Below, piece by piece: positions 49,212-61,059 of a stretch of 64,000 bases of DNA (positions within the stretch are counted from its first letter, which is position 1; every line of letters starts with the position of its first letter). The DNA is from Mobula hypostoma (Eukaryota). Made by a program: the position numbers and the translations under genes. The notes beneath the pieces are model-generated. The model saw only the letters and a list, made by a program, of their open reading frames with translations. It ran no database searches and was not told the DNA's origin. The stretch is from assembly GCF_963921235.1 (NCBI RefSeq), contig NC_086107.1, forward strand, positions 104,720,001 through 104,784,000, given 5' to 3'.

Positions 49212-50569
49212 CAGGGATCCCTAACCTTTTTTGCACCGCGAACCGATTTAATATTGACAATATTCTTGCGGACCTGCCGACCGGGGGGCGGGGGGGGGGG
49301 TGTTAATCACGACCGGAACATAGGTGATAAGTCAACTATAAGTCACTTATAAGTGGCTAATACACTCAATTTCGATTCTAAAAGGGTTTATCTAACGAAT
49401 TTAATATTAAACACACAGCCCATACTTTCCTCGCATGAATATAATGATAAGTCAATTATAAGTCAATTGCATCATAACATTTTAAGTAAACGTTTGGATA
49501 TTAAATACACAGAGCATATTTTCCTCGTATGAGATCATTGCAACACACCAATATCGCTGAATCAATGGGAGCCCTGGGCTTGTTTTCCTGCAACAAGACG
49601 GTGCCATCGAGGGGTGATGGGAGACAGCGATACTCGAAGGGGGTTCCTTATGTCCAGTCTATTCTGCGATTTAGTTTTCGTTGCATTCAATGCAGAAAAC
49701 TCCACTTTGCAGAGATATCCAAGCAACACACATCAAAGTTGCTGGTGAACGCAGCAGGCCAGGCAGCATCTCTGGGAAGAGGTACAGTCGATGTTTCGGG
49801 CTGAGACCCTTCATCAGGACTAACTGAAGGAAGAGCTAGTAAGAGATTTGAAAGTGGGAGGGGGAGGGATGGAGCCAAGAGCTGGACAGGTGATTGGCGA
49901 AAGGGATATGAGAGGATCATGGGACAGGAGGCCCAAGGAGAAGGAAAAGGGGGAGGGGGGAAAAAACCCAGAGGATGGGCAAGAGGTATAGTCAGAGGGA
50001 CAGAGGGAGAAAAAGGAGAGAGAGAGAGAAAGAATGTGTGTGTGTATAAATAAATAACGGATGGGGTACGAGGGGGAGGTGGGGCATTACCGGAAGTTAG
50101 TGAAGTTAATGTTCATGCCATCAGGTTGGAGGCTACCCAGACGGAATATAAGGTGTTGTTCCTCCAACCTGAGTGTGGCTTCATCTTTACGGTAGAGGAG
50201 GTCATGGATAGACATATCCGAATGGGAATGGGATGTGGAATTAAAATGTGTGCCGTGGATAGACATATCTGAATTTGCAGAGATATGTTGGAAATGGAAG
50301 CAACATTTTCAGTGCCTCCGTGACTATCTCAGGATATTGAGTCTAGACTTTGATCCAGAATGCCAGCAAAGATGTTATGTTAAACATACTTTTCAGCCCA
50401 CCATCATTAGCAAGCTTGAGGAGTTGATCTTCTTCCCGCGCTGACATGGATGACGCGTGCGTAATGACCTCGCGTATGTTCAAATTCAATAGTGTATGAC
50501 AGGGAATGAGGAAAGGTGCAGCTGACTCATATCGCCAAATCATATCATTTCCTCGATATGAGGACCACT
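49212..50569 (-). mobile_element. Non-autonomous hAT (Charlie3/MER1-like), copy 3
   Basis: Left end CAGGGATCCCTAACCTTTTTTGCACCGCG; colinear with copies 1 and 2; right end partly deleted (GAGGACCACT). Confidence 0.88.
49719..50273 (-). mobile_element. Penelope fragment nested in Charlie copy 3 (hammerhead 49785-49826)
   Basis: Same family as 7762-9097. 13-bp TSD TTTGCAGAGATAT (49706-49718, 50274-50286). Confidence 0.9.
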
Positions 50570-52099
50570 CTTAGCACAAAGAGAGACCAATCAGGATGCT
50601 CGCTGTCCCTCTCCCTCTCCCTCGCAAAAAAATCGATTTCCGGAATATTGTATATAATTTCCGGGCATCAGGGAGCCACTGTGAATATGCGGGAGACTCC
50701 CGGAACTTCCGGGAGAGGTGGGATGTCTGCATTAAGGAGTATGATTCATTGCTGATAACTTTGTCTACATGACGTGATCTTGCAGCTGCTCATTAACACC
50801 TGGATGACAAGTAAGGGGTAGTAAGGGGAAGTAGTAAGTATTCACTATTCAGAATAAATTGGCACATTGTATGGCCAATCCTTGGTCACTATTTCTTATG
50901 TTTCTGTATTCCTCTATAATTTACAACATTATTAGTATCACTGTCAAAGTCTGGTCTGAAATTGCTGTTATGCTTGAATATAAAGATCAATTTTGAGGGG
51001 GGGGCGGTGGAGTTGAGCAGCTCAGTTCACTTCCGAATTGAATGGAGGTGGAATAGTTTCCTGTAATTTGTCTACTTATGATCAGCCATTTGAATTTAAT
51101 CCCATTAGAAAGGAACTGGAACGTTTCATGGCACTGGGTTATTAGCAAGATTCAGGCTAATCTAATGATTAACTCTACCCAGCTTGTTTCCACTGGAGAC
51201 TCTTTAACCTCATTTTAAAAAGCAGATTAAAGTTAAAGAGATTAAAAAGAGCTGTTTGCATCCACATTCTCTTGAAATACTACTTGTGTAATAATGCAAG
51301 ATTCAGAACTGCTGTGTGTCCTAATTTGGATTTATTGAAGTGGAAGCACAGAACATTGTAAGCTGATGGTGTGCAAAGTCACACTGTCAATTGCTAATGT
51401 GATGGGTTCAGGGTTGTCTTGCACTCCCTGCGGAGAGGAGGAAAATGAATGTGTGTGAAAGATGTTAGGCTACCTCTGGTTTGAAATATTCTAGGTGATC
51501 CAATCATGTGGTAAGCCTTAATCTGATACATAAATGACATCTGACTGTGATAGCTAACTACAGTGTGGTGCTATTATTATTGTCACACCATTTTAAATGT
51601 AATTGACACTAGTACTGATACAGAATGAATATAATTGTTAATATTATGATTGTAGTTCATCTTTTAATTCCTAAACTCAGACATTGATTAGACCAGAAAA
51701 TAAATTATTCATTTGTTGCAGAAGTATTCTGTAATTTCAATAAACAAACTCTAGCAACTGCCTTGCAAATTTGATGAAGTATTCTAACTATGTTATATAA
51801 TTTTGGTGTTATGTTTATTTGTTGTGGTCCAGAGCAAGATTACATTTTCTCGACTTGTTACTTGAAAAGTTTGGTGGCTGTCAAGCTTTTTGATTTGCAA
51901 ACTGGTTTCATCTGAGAATCACGAGTTTCTCTCTAGATGCTGCCTGGCCCTTTCTTCTCCCTTGAAATCAATGTTGATGGCTTTGAGTTCCTCCAGTGCT
52001 TTGTGTGTTATTGCAAATGAGTCCAGGTTTTCTGAATTCTGCTAGTTGGGCTAAAAAAAAATCCTCTTTACTGGACCTGGTTCACACATCAGACATTAC

Positions 52100-52360
52100 A
52101 ACGGTCAGTATTTTATTTCATTTTATTTTTATTTTGAGATGCAACATGGTAACAGGCCCATACTATCCAATTATGCCCGTGTGACCAATTCACCTACTGA
52201 TTCATTCATTATTTTTTAATGGGGAGGGGGAGTGGAGCATCCTGGAGGAAACTCACACAGTCACGTGGAGAACATTAAACTCCCAGCCAGCAGCAGAATT
52301 GAACCCATGACGCTGGCACTGTAATAGCATTATGCTAACTACTAAGCTACAGTACCACCC
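52100..52360 (-). mobile_element. tRNA-derived SINE (V-SINE-like)
   Basis: - strand GTAGCTTAGTAGTTAGC...GGGTTCAATTC...GTTCTCCACGTGACTGTGTGAGTTTCCTCCAGGATGCTCC. Confidence 0.7.
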
Positions 52361-52812
52361 TTTTTATTAGCTACCATTAGCTACCTTCCAATTTGCATCT
52401 CAAAACATAGCTTTACCAGCTTATTCCATACACACTACTGATGTGACCTGTCATTGACTATCTCCTGGTCTATGCCTTAGCATAGATTTTTGTTGTTTCT
52501 TTCCCTTCTCCTTTCTCTGCAAGTTAAATTGTATTTTAATTATCAGATTTCCCTGTACCGATGAAGGATCATCAACCTGAAGTAATTTTCTCTCTCCATA
52601 GATGCTACCTGATATTCTGAATGCTTCCGTCACTTTTTGCTTTTTAAACGTTTACATTAAAATGCCATGAAGAACATTCCCAGAATTTCATTGTAGTGTT
52701 TTCGTAAATGGGTGTTTTCTCTCACTTCAAAGGTCAAATTTAATGTCGGGGAAATGTATACAATATACATCCTGAAATGCTTTTTTCTTTGCAAACATCC
52801 ATGAAAACAGAA

Positions 52813-53809
52813 CTGTGAGGGCCATGGCAAAACCTTCAGCTTGTGCCTCTTGAGGTAGTCCATTGTGGATTTTGAGGTGTGTTTAGGATTATTATCCTGT
52901 TGTGGAAGCCATCCTCTTTTCATCTTCAGCTTTTTTACAGATGGTGTGATGTTTGCTTCCAGAATTTGCTGGTATTTAATTGAATTCATTCTTTCCTCTA
53001 CCAGTGAAATGATCCCCGTGCCACTGGCTGCAACACAAACCCAAAGCATGATCGATCCAACCCCGTACTTAACAGTTGGAGAGGTGTTCTTTTCATGAAA
53101 TTCTGCACCCTTTTTTCTCCAAACATACCTTTGCTCATTGCAGCCAAAAGTTCTATTTTAACTTCATCAGTCCACAGGACTTGTTTCCAACATGCATCAG
53201 GCTTATTTAGATGTTCCTTTGAATTTTGTGGTGAGGATGCAGGAAAGGTTTTCTTCTGATGACTCTTCCATGAGGGTCATATTTGTGCAGGTGTCGCTGC
53301 ACAGTGGAACAGTGCACCACCACTCCAGCATCTGCTAAATCTTCCTGAAGGTCTTTTGCAGTCAAACGGGGGTTTTGATTTGCTTTCCTAGCAATCCTAC
53401 GAGCAGTTCTCTCGGAAAGTTTTCTTGGTCTTCCAGACCTCAACTTGATCTCCACCATTCCTGTTAACTGCCATTTCTTAATTACATTACGAACTGATGA
53501 AACAGCTACCTGAAAACACTTTGCTATCTTCTTATAGCCTTCTCCTGCTTTGTGGGCATAATTTATTTTAATTTTCAGAGGGCTCAAATCTCTTGGGGTG
53601 CCCAAACTTTTGCATGGTGCTCCTTTCCTTTGTTTTCCCCACTCTAAAATTGTACAAAACAAAAAATAATACACTAATTTTGCTTAAAATGTTGAAAAGA
53701 ATGTTTCATCTTTAACTTTATGACTTTTTGAGATCAGTTCTTCTCCTGCTCAATTATTCACAGTAACAGAAATTTTGACCAGGGTTACCCAAACTTTTGC
53801 ATGCCACTG
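52813..53809 (-). mobile_element. Truncated Tc1 transposon (IR/DR type), transposase pseudogene
   Basis: GEGYKKIAK...RSGRPRKLS...PRLTAKDLQ; QQDNNPKHTSK...LPWPSQ. Terminus CAGTGGCATGCAAAAGTTTGGG next to TA, with the inner direct repeat near 53601. Confidence 0.92.
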
Positions 53810-56800
53810 TATATATACTATATTTATTTCTCTTTCTGTATTATGCATTGCATTGAACTGCTGCTGCTATGTTAACAAATTTTAGACACATGCCGGTGTC
53901 TGAAATAAATCTGATGCTGACTGACTACCTGATTATTAGTCTATCAGCAACATCTTCCAATCAACACTTTTTCCTTGCAAAAATTGGCAGTGTGATCTAT
54001 AGTATCATCTACAAACATCTTAATTATATTCCTGCATTTAAGACTACCCTTTGTTTCTGCTACAAAGCCAAGTCTGGATCTATTTCTTCACTGCTCTTTA
54101 GTTCTTGGTGGTTTTCACTAATCTGATAAATCTGCCATGTGGGATTTCGTCAAAAGCTATATTAAAATGAATATATAATACATCAAATGTGCTAAACACA
54201 TTCTAGAGACTGTCTTCTCCCTCGGGGTTCAACTTGCCATTAACAGAAGGGTCCACGGACCCCAGGTTGGGAACCCTGCCTGAAATCAATATCGATGGTT
54301 TTGATTAGCTTCTAGTATCCTGGACTAGTTTTAAAAATTGTACTCCTTATTAACAGTTTCCCTCACTATGTTTATCCAATATTTAACAGTTCATTAATTA
54401 ACTGCTGTATTGTCTGGTTATGTTCTCATTAAGAACCTTAGATCTTTTGCATTCACTTTAGTTGACTAATTGATTACCAGTTAATTCCAGTTTAAGATGG
54501 CACTGGTGAAGCACAGTGGCTACTTGCTGATACAAACAAAATCCTCACTCATTCAGTCTTGTGTGCTTTAGAAGCCATTCATTGCAGTCGTATGGAGGTT
54601 GATTCTGACTTCACGTGTTAAAATTGGAGCTCATTTGCTACCTGGAAACAGCTTGTATGTAAATTTGTATGCCCTATCAATAACATAATAACAAAATGTG
54701 AATTATAATGTCATGTTCATCACTGGATACGTGATATGCAGATATTAAACTGTTAGCCAGTAAGCTTTACATGAGGATAAGTCATATGTCATGACAACTT
54801 TTAACACTACTGATAAATCCTTTGATTTGTCCATTTAAGTGTATTGTCGAAGAGTAACACAATCCCATTTTGGGCAGTGCATGTTACAAAAGAATATGTA
54901 CAGATCCTATAAATAAAATGTTCATCTGAGCAGCACTATACAAGCAATTCCAGGGTTCACAAACCAATCTTGCATGTAAAGCTGTTCTCAAAAAGAGAAC
55001 ATTTTTGTTTTTAAAAAAATGTGAGGCATGTCATCTTCAAACAGGCTTGATGAGTCTTCTGAATTTGGATTATCCATAATGAAGAGGGGGCCAAGCTTAA
55101 ATGAAAGTGTAATTGTGTAGGATTGTGTTTTTATGCAAGATGTTAAGTGTGCTTGCTGAAGAATGACAGCAGGTACAATGACATGTAGGAAAACTGATAG
55201 TTTGAACTTTGAAGCGCATTGTGAAACTATCTACATTAGATAAATAAGTAGAAATATAGTTATAAGCTTACTGAACTCCGGACTATCAAACCTGCTGAAA
55301 GACTTGGAGTCTTTAAAAACTGAAATAGTGGTGAATTTAATGTTTTATATAAACTGTTGACAACCTGAACGGGGTGGCGGGGAGGAGGGGGTGGCGAATG
55401 ATTGTATGCATCATATGATTTTCATAATCCTACAAATTTCAACAGTTTTATTTATGATGTTAGATTGTAACCAGATAATTGCTACTACCATTGTTTATTT
55501 TACCCGGTGCTTAAATTTGGCCTTGTTTTGTAAGAAATACTAGTGCTATAAGCTTGCATGCCTGGTCAAGTTGTTTGCAGGTCACTATCTATACTGCCAC
55601 AAGATCTGTAAATAAACTTCCATGGTCTTTCATCTGGTAATTTGCTGTAAGCTCCAAAGAGCACTATCTGTGGATTATTTGTTCATTGTATAGATTTTTT
55701 TTTAAATAACCTGGTTGGTTTAAACTCACATGGCTTGTCATGTTAAATAAATCACACCAAGGTCCTGCCTCTGTGATGTCTATTTATAGCATGTTCTTGC
55801 TGCTGACTCCATACTGAGTAGGGGATTTGGGAGGACTGGACTAATTATATCCCAAAATCCTAACATGGAGTACATTAATTGAAGTTTGTATACTGTCAGA
55901 CTTTTGGATTAGCTAAGGGCAACCTGCTACAATGAATTAACAATCCGCTATCCCAGTTTATCTAGGTTCTGTTACTTGTGTATTATGAGTAAATTTAAGG
56001 GTTATTCCAGAATGCCTGGAAATTTTGATTCATGTTATTTCAGTAAATTGGTCAGAATAGTAACAAGCACAATTATTGCAAGGCACATGATCTGCCTATG
56101 ATCAATTAACTGGCTAAGTTGAGCTTGGTACGACCAATTTAAAGGTAATGTGTCACTGATCTTTCGAGCTTGTAGACAAGATGCAGTAGCTTTGAAATAT
56201 CGTAGAACATAACAAACATATCTGTTCCAATTGGCTAAGCTTTTGATTAAATTTAGCTGTGTTCTGTTTTGCTTTCAATATCTTGATAAGAAATAGTTAA
56301 TGAAGGTCTTGTCCTCATGTGCAACTAAAATCATTTTAACTCATGAAAGATATGTTAATGCCATTTACTCTCATATGCATGATGAAATTTAGGAATATCC
56401 AAAACCTGAGTACTTAATACTTAAATATTGAATATTGTTTTCTCTACACATCCCTGTTAATTAAGGAAATGATTATGATTGTTACTTCAGGAATATATTT
56501 TCTTGTGTGGGCAGACTAGGGATGTAGCACATGCACAATGAAGCTGATTGCAGTTTGGGAAGATTTCTCAAATTGTATACTCTATACAGTATGTAATAAC
56601 CAATCTACCTAAATGTTACCGTTGGACAAAACTGTTTTGTTTCCATTGTCTTTTTAAGACCTATTGAACATTTCAGCTAATGGCTTTGAGAACTGGTTAT
56701 TGTCCTGTGTATAAATTTAACTTTTTTTTTTGCTTGTACTTTAAGAGTATTTTTGGATTCAAGAGTACGTCCTTATTGTGCAATTAACCATAATGTAGTA

Positions 56801-57179
56801 CATTTAAGGGAAAGATCTGCCAAGTATGACAGTCTGTTATGGTAACTCTTGACTCGGATTCCGTTGTCTGATTCAAGCAAGACAAGTTCATCAATCTTTC
56901 CTACTTTGTGCTTCTGCCAGCACATTTGCACAACAGAAATACCAAAGTGCCAAATGAATCAAATGTTTTATTTTAACCCCCCCCGCCCAAAAATTACAGG
57001 TCATGAAAATAAACATTAGCTGCATTCGACCCAAATTGGGAATTGTACTGCACCTGCACCATTAGACAGTCTTCTGCAATCACAGACTGCAAGTAAGTCC
57101 GTGTGGGTTGAAGACGCTTGTACTTTTATGTATAAGTGTGTGTGTGTATGTGTATATATACCGTGTGGGTTGAAGACGC

Positions 57180-57287
57180 CGTGCAACTCTCCCTCACTTA
57201 AATCCAAATCACGCACTAGTCTCGACACCATCATTATGGTGTCGAGGTCCTCTTCGACATCAACGATGGACGAACAACAACAACAAA
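57180..57287 (+). mobile_element. Short RTE-type 3' end with hairpin and (CAA)n tail
   Basis: CTCCCTCACTTAAATCCAA...GGTCCTCTTCGA...GGACGAACAACAACAACAA, inserted in a (TA)n tract. Confidence 0.65.
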
Positions 57288-58149
57288 TATATATATATGA
57301 TCTGATGTGAACAAAACACATGCCAGTTAGATTCTGGTGAGGGGAAATGTGACAGGAAAGAGAGTTTATTAAAAGCATAGCTACATCAATGTTGTTACAA
57401 AGTTCAAAGTAAAGTCATTGTCAAACTATCTCTCTCTATCTATCTATCTATCGTGTGTGTGTATATCTCACCATGTACTACGTGAGATTCATTTTCTTGC
57501 AGACTGTTGAGGTAGATACCAAGAAACACAATAGAATCAATGAAAAACTACACACAAAGACTAGCAACCAAAGTGCAAATGAAGACAAACTGCAAAATAC
57601 AAAAAAAATAACAATAAATAAGTAACAAATAATATTGAGAACATGAGTTGTAGATCCCTTAAATGTGAACTACAAAGGGAAAAGCAGTAGCAAAACGTAA
57701 TAATACTGTTACAGAGAAAGACTTGTAACAGTGAGATAGAAGCTCATCGAGGGTGAAGGGTCAATATCTGGAAAGGGGGTGGGTTTCTTTAATAATAGCT
57801 GCCTTCCTGAGGAAGTGGAAAGTGTATACAGAGTCTATGGATGGGGGGGGGTGCGTTGGGAAGCAGGGTGGTCTTGTTTTCATGGTGGACAAGGCTACCT
57901 TGGACAGAGGTTATTAGCTTTAAAGGTAATGGGTAACCAAATTGCTCACAACACCACTTTAGGGAGCAATGCATCTAGTATAAACTATAGCTTTTTGAAA
58001 GCCTTCACATCTATTTTTCTAATAGTGTATTAACAGATTTATTAAATTTAGGTCCTAGTTTTCTCAGTCCTACCACGTAGAAGCAGGCCTTTCAGTCCAT
58101 TGTGCATCTGTTTGCTTCATGATTACTTGGTGCACAGATGTAGCAGTTC

Positions 58150-60200
58150 TGTCTCAGTCCTGCTTCCTGACCTGTAACATCTGGCAATCAAGTGTCATCC
58201 GTTATATCCACCGAGGGAGTTCACCATCGTTCTGGCTGAAGTGTGCATCCCACCCCTAGGTAATGCCAAACTGATACTGAAGGAAGCTGAGTACCATGCT
58301 CAACAATTATGGTTGCTTTACTGATCATTGCAGGGGATTTCAACCAGGCTAACTTAAAGAAGTCTATAACAAACTAGATCACCGTGTCACCTGTGGTACC
58401 AGAGGAGCCAACACACTTGATCTCTGTTACACTGGCACTTTGGCAAGTTCGATCACCTGGCTGTACTTGTACTCCTGGCATTTTGGCAGAGACTGAGGAA
58501 TGCTGCATCTGTGCATACGTATGGTCAAGAGAGGTGGAAGAGCACTTGCAGGACAATTTGAATGGGTGGGCATGACCATATCCAGGGATGCATCTTTGGA
58601 TCTGAATGAATATGCCACAATATTCACTGACCTCATCTAGGCCTTCGTAGATGAATGTATGTTTTCAAGAACTTACTACATGTAACTAAACCAGAAGCCA
58701 TGCGTAAATCAAGAGATCCATCATCTGCTGCGGACTAGATTTGTGGTATTTACAGCCTGTGATCCAGGTCCCTACAACAAGTCCAGGTGCATCCTATGGA
58801 AGGCCATCATAAGTGCAGAGAAAAACAATTCTGTGTGAAATTACAAGACACATTTGGATTCACATCAGCTGTGGCATGGCTTGTATGCCATTGCTCCCTA
58901 TAAAGCTAAACCTCTCAGCATGATTGGCAGTGTTTTGCTCTGATGTGTTCAACATGTTTTATGCACACTTTGAAAGGGAGATTAGGACTACACCTGTGCA
59001 AATCCCGACAGCATCTAGCAACCCTATGATCTCTGTCTCGGAGGACAACATGGGAATATCCTTCAAGAGGGGAACCCTTGCAAGGCATCAGGCCTCAGTG
59101 GTGTATCTGGCAGTGTACAGAAAACCTAAACCAACCAACATAAAGGAGTGTTTAAGGACATTCTCAGTTCTTACTGCCGCTGTTAAAGGTACCTTCAGAA
59201 GGGCAGCTGTATGATTGATGCCCAAGAAGAGCAGGGTGAGCTATCTCAATGACTGTTTCCCGGTGGCACTCATATCTACTGTGATGAAATACTTTGGAGA
59301 GGTTGATCGTGGCTATAATTATAAGGGGTGATTGATAAGTTCGTGGCCTTTTAGAAAACCTAGCACATTTATTTTTCTACATAGTCCCCTCCTACATGTA
59401 CACACTTAGTCCAGTGGTCGTGGAGCATACGGATCCCTTCTTTGTAGAAGTGGTCCACAGCAGGGGTGATTGATAAATTCGTGGCCTAAGTTAGAAGGTA
59501 GAGTTATTAACTTCAAACTTTCTGCATTATCACTCAAAGGGTTGAACTGCACTTGCATGTAACAAGAGTGTCTTGGACCTCCAGGTGGTCCACAGCAGGG
59601 GTGATTGATAAGTTCGTGGCCTTAGGTAGAAGGAGATGAGTTATATAGCTCTTGTTACGTGCACATGCAGTTCAACTCTTTGAGTGAAAATGCAGAAAGT
59701 TTGAAGTTCTCCTCATCTCCTTCTACCTTAGCCCACGAACTTATCAATCACCCCTGCAGTGGACCACTTTCTGGAGGACCAAGATGCCAACTTCTACAAA
59801 GAAGGGAACCGTATGCTCCATGACCGCTGGACTAAGTGTGTAAATGTGGGAAAAATAAACGTGCTAGGATTTCTAAAATCGACTCCTTCTACCTTAGGCC
59901 CCGAACTTATAATCACCCCTCGTAACTCCTTTTGGAACAAGGGAATTTACCTAACACCACAACAGGTATACAGCAGATGCAATCTTAATGGCGCTCCACT
60001 TGGACAACAGTAAAATCTATGTCAGACTGTTATTGATTACAGCTCAGCATTCAAAACTATCATCCCTTCAGCACTAATCAACAAGTCTCAAAGCCTGGAC
60101 CTTTGTACCTCCCACTACAACTGGATTCTTGACTTCCTCATCGGAAGACCACAGTCACTATAGATTGGTGATAGCATCTCTTCCTTGCTGACAATGACAA
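58150..60200 (+). mobile_element. Old Rex1/Babar LINE remnant (endonuclease to RT)
   Basis: [53 protein letters not shown] and [11 protein letters not shown]. Confidence 0.85.
59322..59922. mobile_element. Mariner-derived palindromic MITE with internal TIR copies
   Basis: TA-flanked TIR GGGGTGATTGATAAGTTCGTGGCCT. Transposase C-terminal remnant FLEDQDANFYKEGNRMLHDRWTKCV. Confidence 0.85.
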
Positions 60201-60224
60201 ACTCTACTCTCTCTCTTACTTTCA

Positions 60225-60911
60225 TCAGTCACTGAAAGTAAGCATGCAGGTACAGCAGGCACTGAAGAAAGCTAATGGCATGTTGGCCTTCATAACAAGG
60301 GGAATTGAGTATAGGAGCAAAGAGGTCCTTCTGCAGTTGTACAAGGCCTTGGTGAGACCACACCTGGAGTATTGCATGCAGTTTTGGACTCCAAATCTGA
60401 GGAAGGACATTCTTACTATTGAAGGAGTGCACAAGGTTAATTTCTGGGATGGTGGGACTGTCATATGTTGAAAGATTGGAGCAACTGGGCTTGTATACAC
60501 TGGAATTTAGAAGGATGAGAGGGGATCTGATTGAAACATATAAGATTATTAAGGGATTGGACACGCTAGAGGCAGAAAGCATGTTCCCGATGTTGGGGGA
60601 AGTCCAGAACCAGAGGCCACAGTTTTAAGAATAAGGGGTAGGCTATTTAGAACGAAGCTGAGGAAAAACTTTTTCACCCGGAGAGTTGTGGATCTGTGGA
60701 ATGCTCTGCCTCAGAAGGCTGTGGAGGCCTATTCTCTTGATACTTTCAAGAGAGAGTTTGATAGAGCTCTTAAAGATAGCGGAGTCAAGGGGTATGGGGA
60801 GGAGGCAGGAACGGGGTACTGATTGTGGATGATCAGCCATGATCACAGTGAATGGCGGTGCTGGCTCAAAGGGCCGAATGGCTTACTCCTGCACTTATTG
60901 TCTGTTGTCTA
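60225..60911 (+). mobile_element. Relatively young CR1 LINE 3' fragment
   Basis: KKANGMLAFITRGIEYRSKEVLLQLYKALVRPHLEYCMQFW; RMRGDLIETYKIIKG; CR1 3' UTR. Confidence 0.92.
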
Positions 60912-61059
60912 CTCTTGTGAATGGGTGGCTAGGCTCAGCACAAATGCCATTTACAGAGTTCCAGATGACACTTGTTAGTAGAATATCAGCTGGCGCATTT
61001 CCAGTCACAAAAACAGCTATCCATCATCACCCCCTCTCTCTCTATTAGTAAGCCAATGT

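Larger units (their letters stand above)
48634..50730 (-). mobile_element. Non-autonomous DNA transposon (hAT-like, BED-finger remnant)
   Basis: Perfect 14-bp TIR GCAGACATCCCACC / GGTGGGATGTCTGC, ATTA on both flanks. - strand ARCSVCNSDFSIAHGG..CKRH. Subterminal CGGGAG/CCGG repeats. Confidence 0.72.

Noticed and set aside
52657..53674. Functional Tc1 transposase
   Set aside because: It is frameshifted, has an N-terminal deletion, and is truncated at WPSQ before the catalytic Glu and the second TIR.
59322..59922. Regularly spaced ~25-bp repeats resembling a CRISPR array
   Set aside because: The repeats are mariner TIR copies in both orientations with related spacers; the context is eukaryotic and there are no cas genes.
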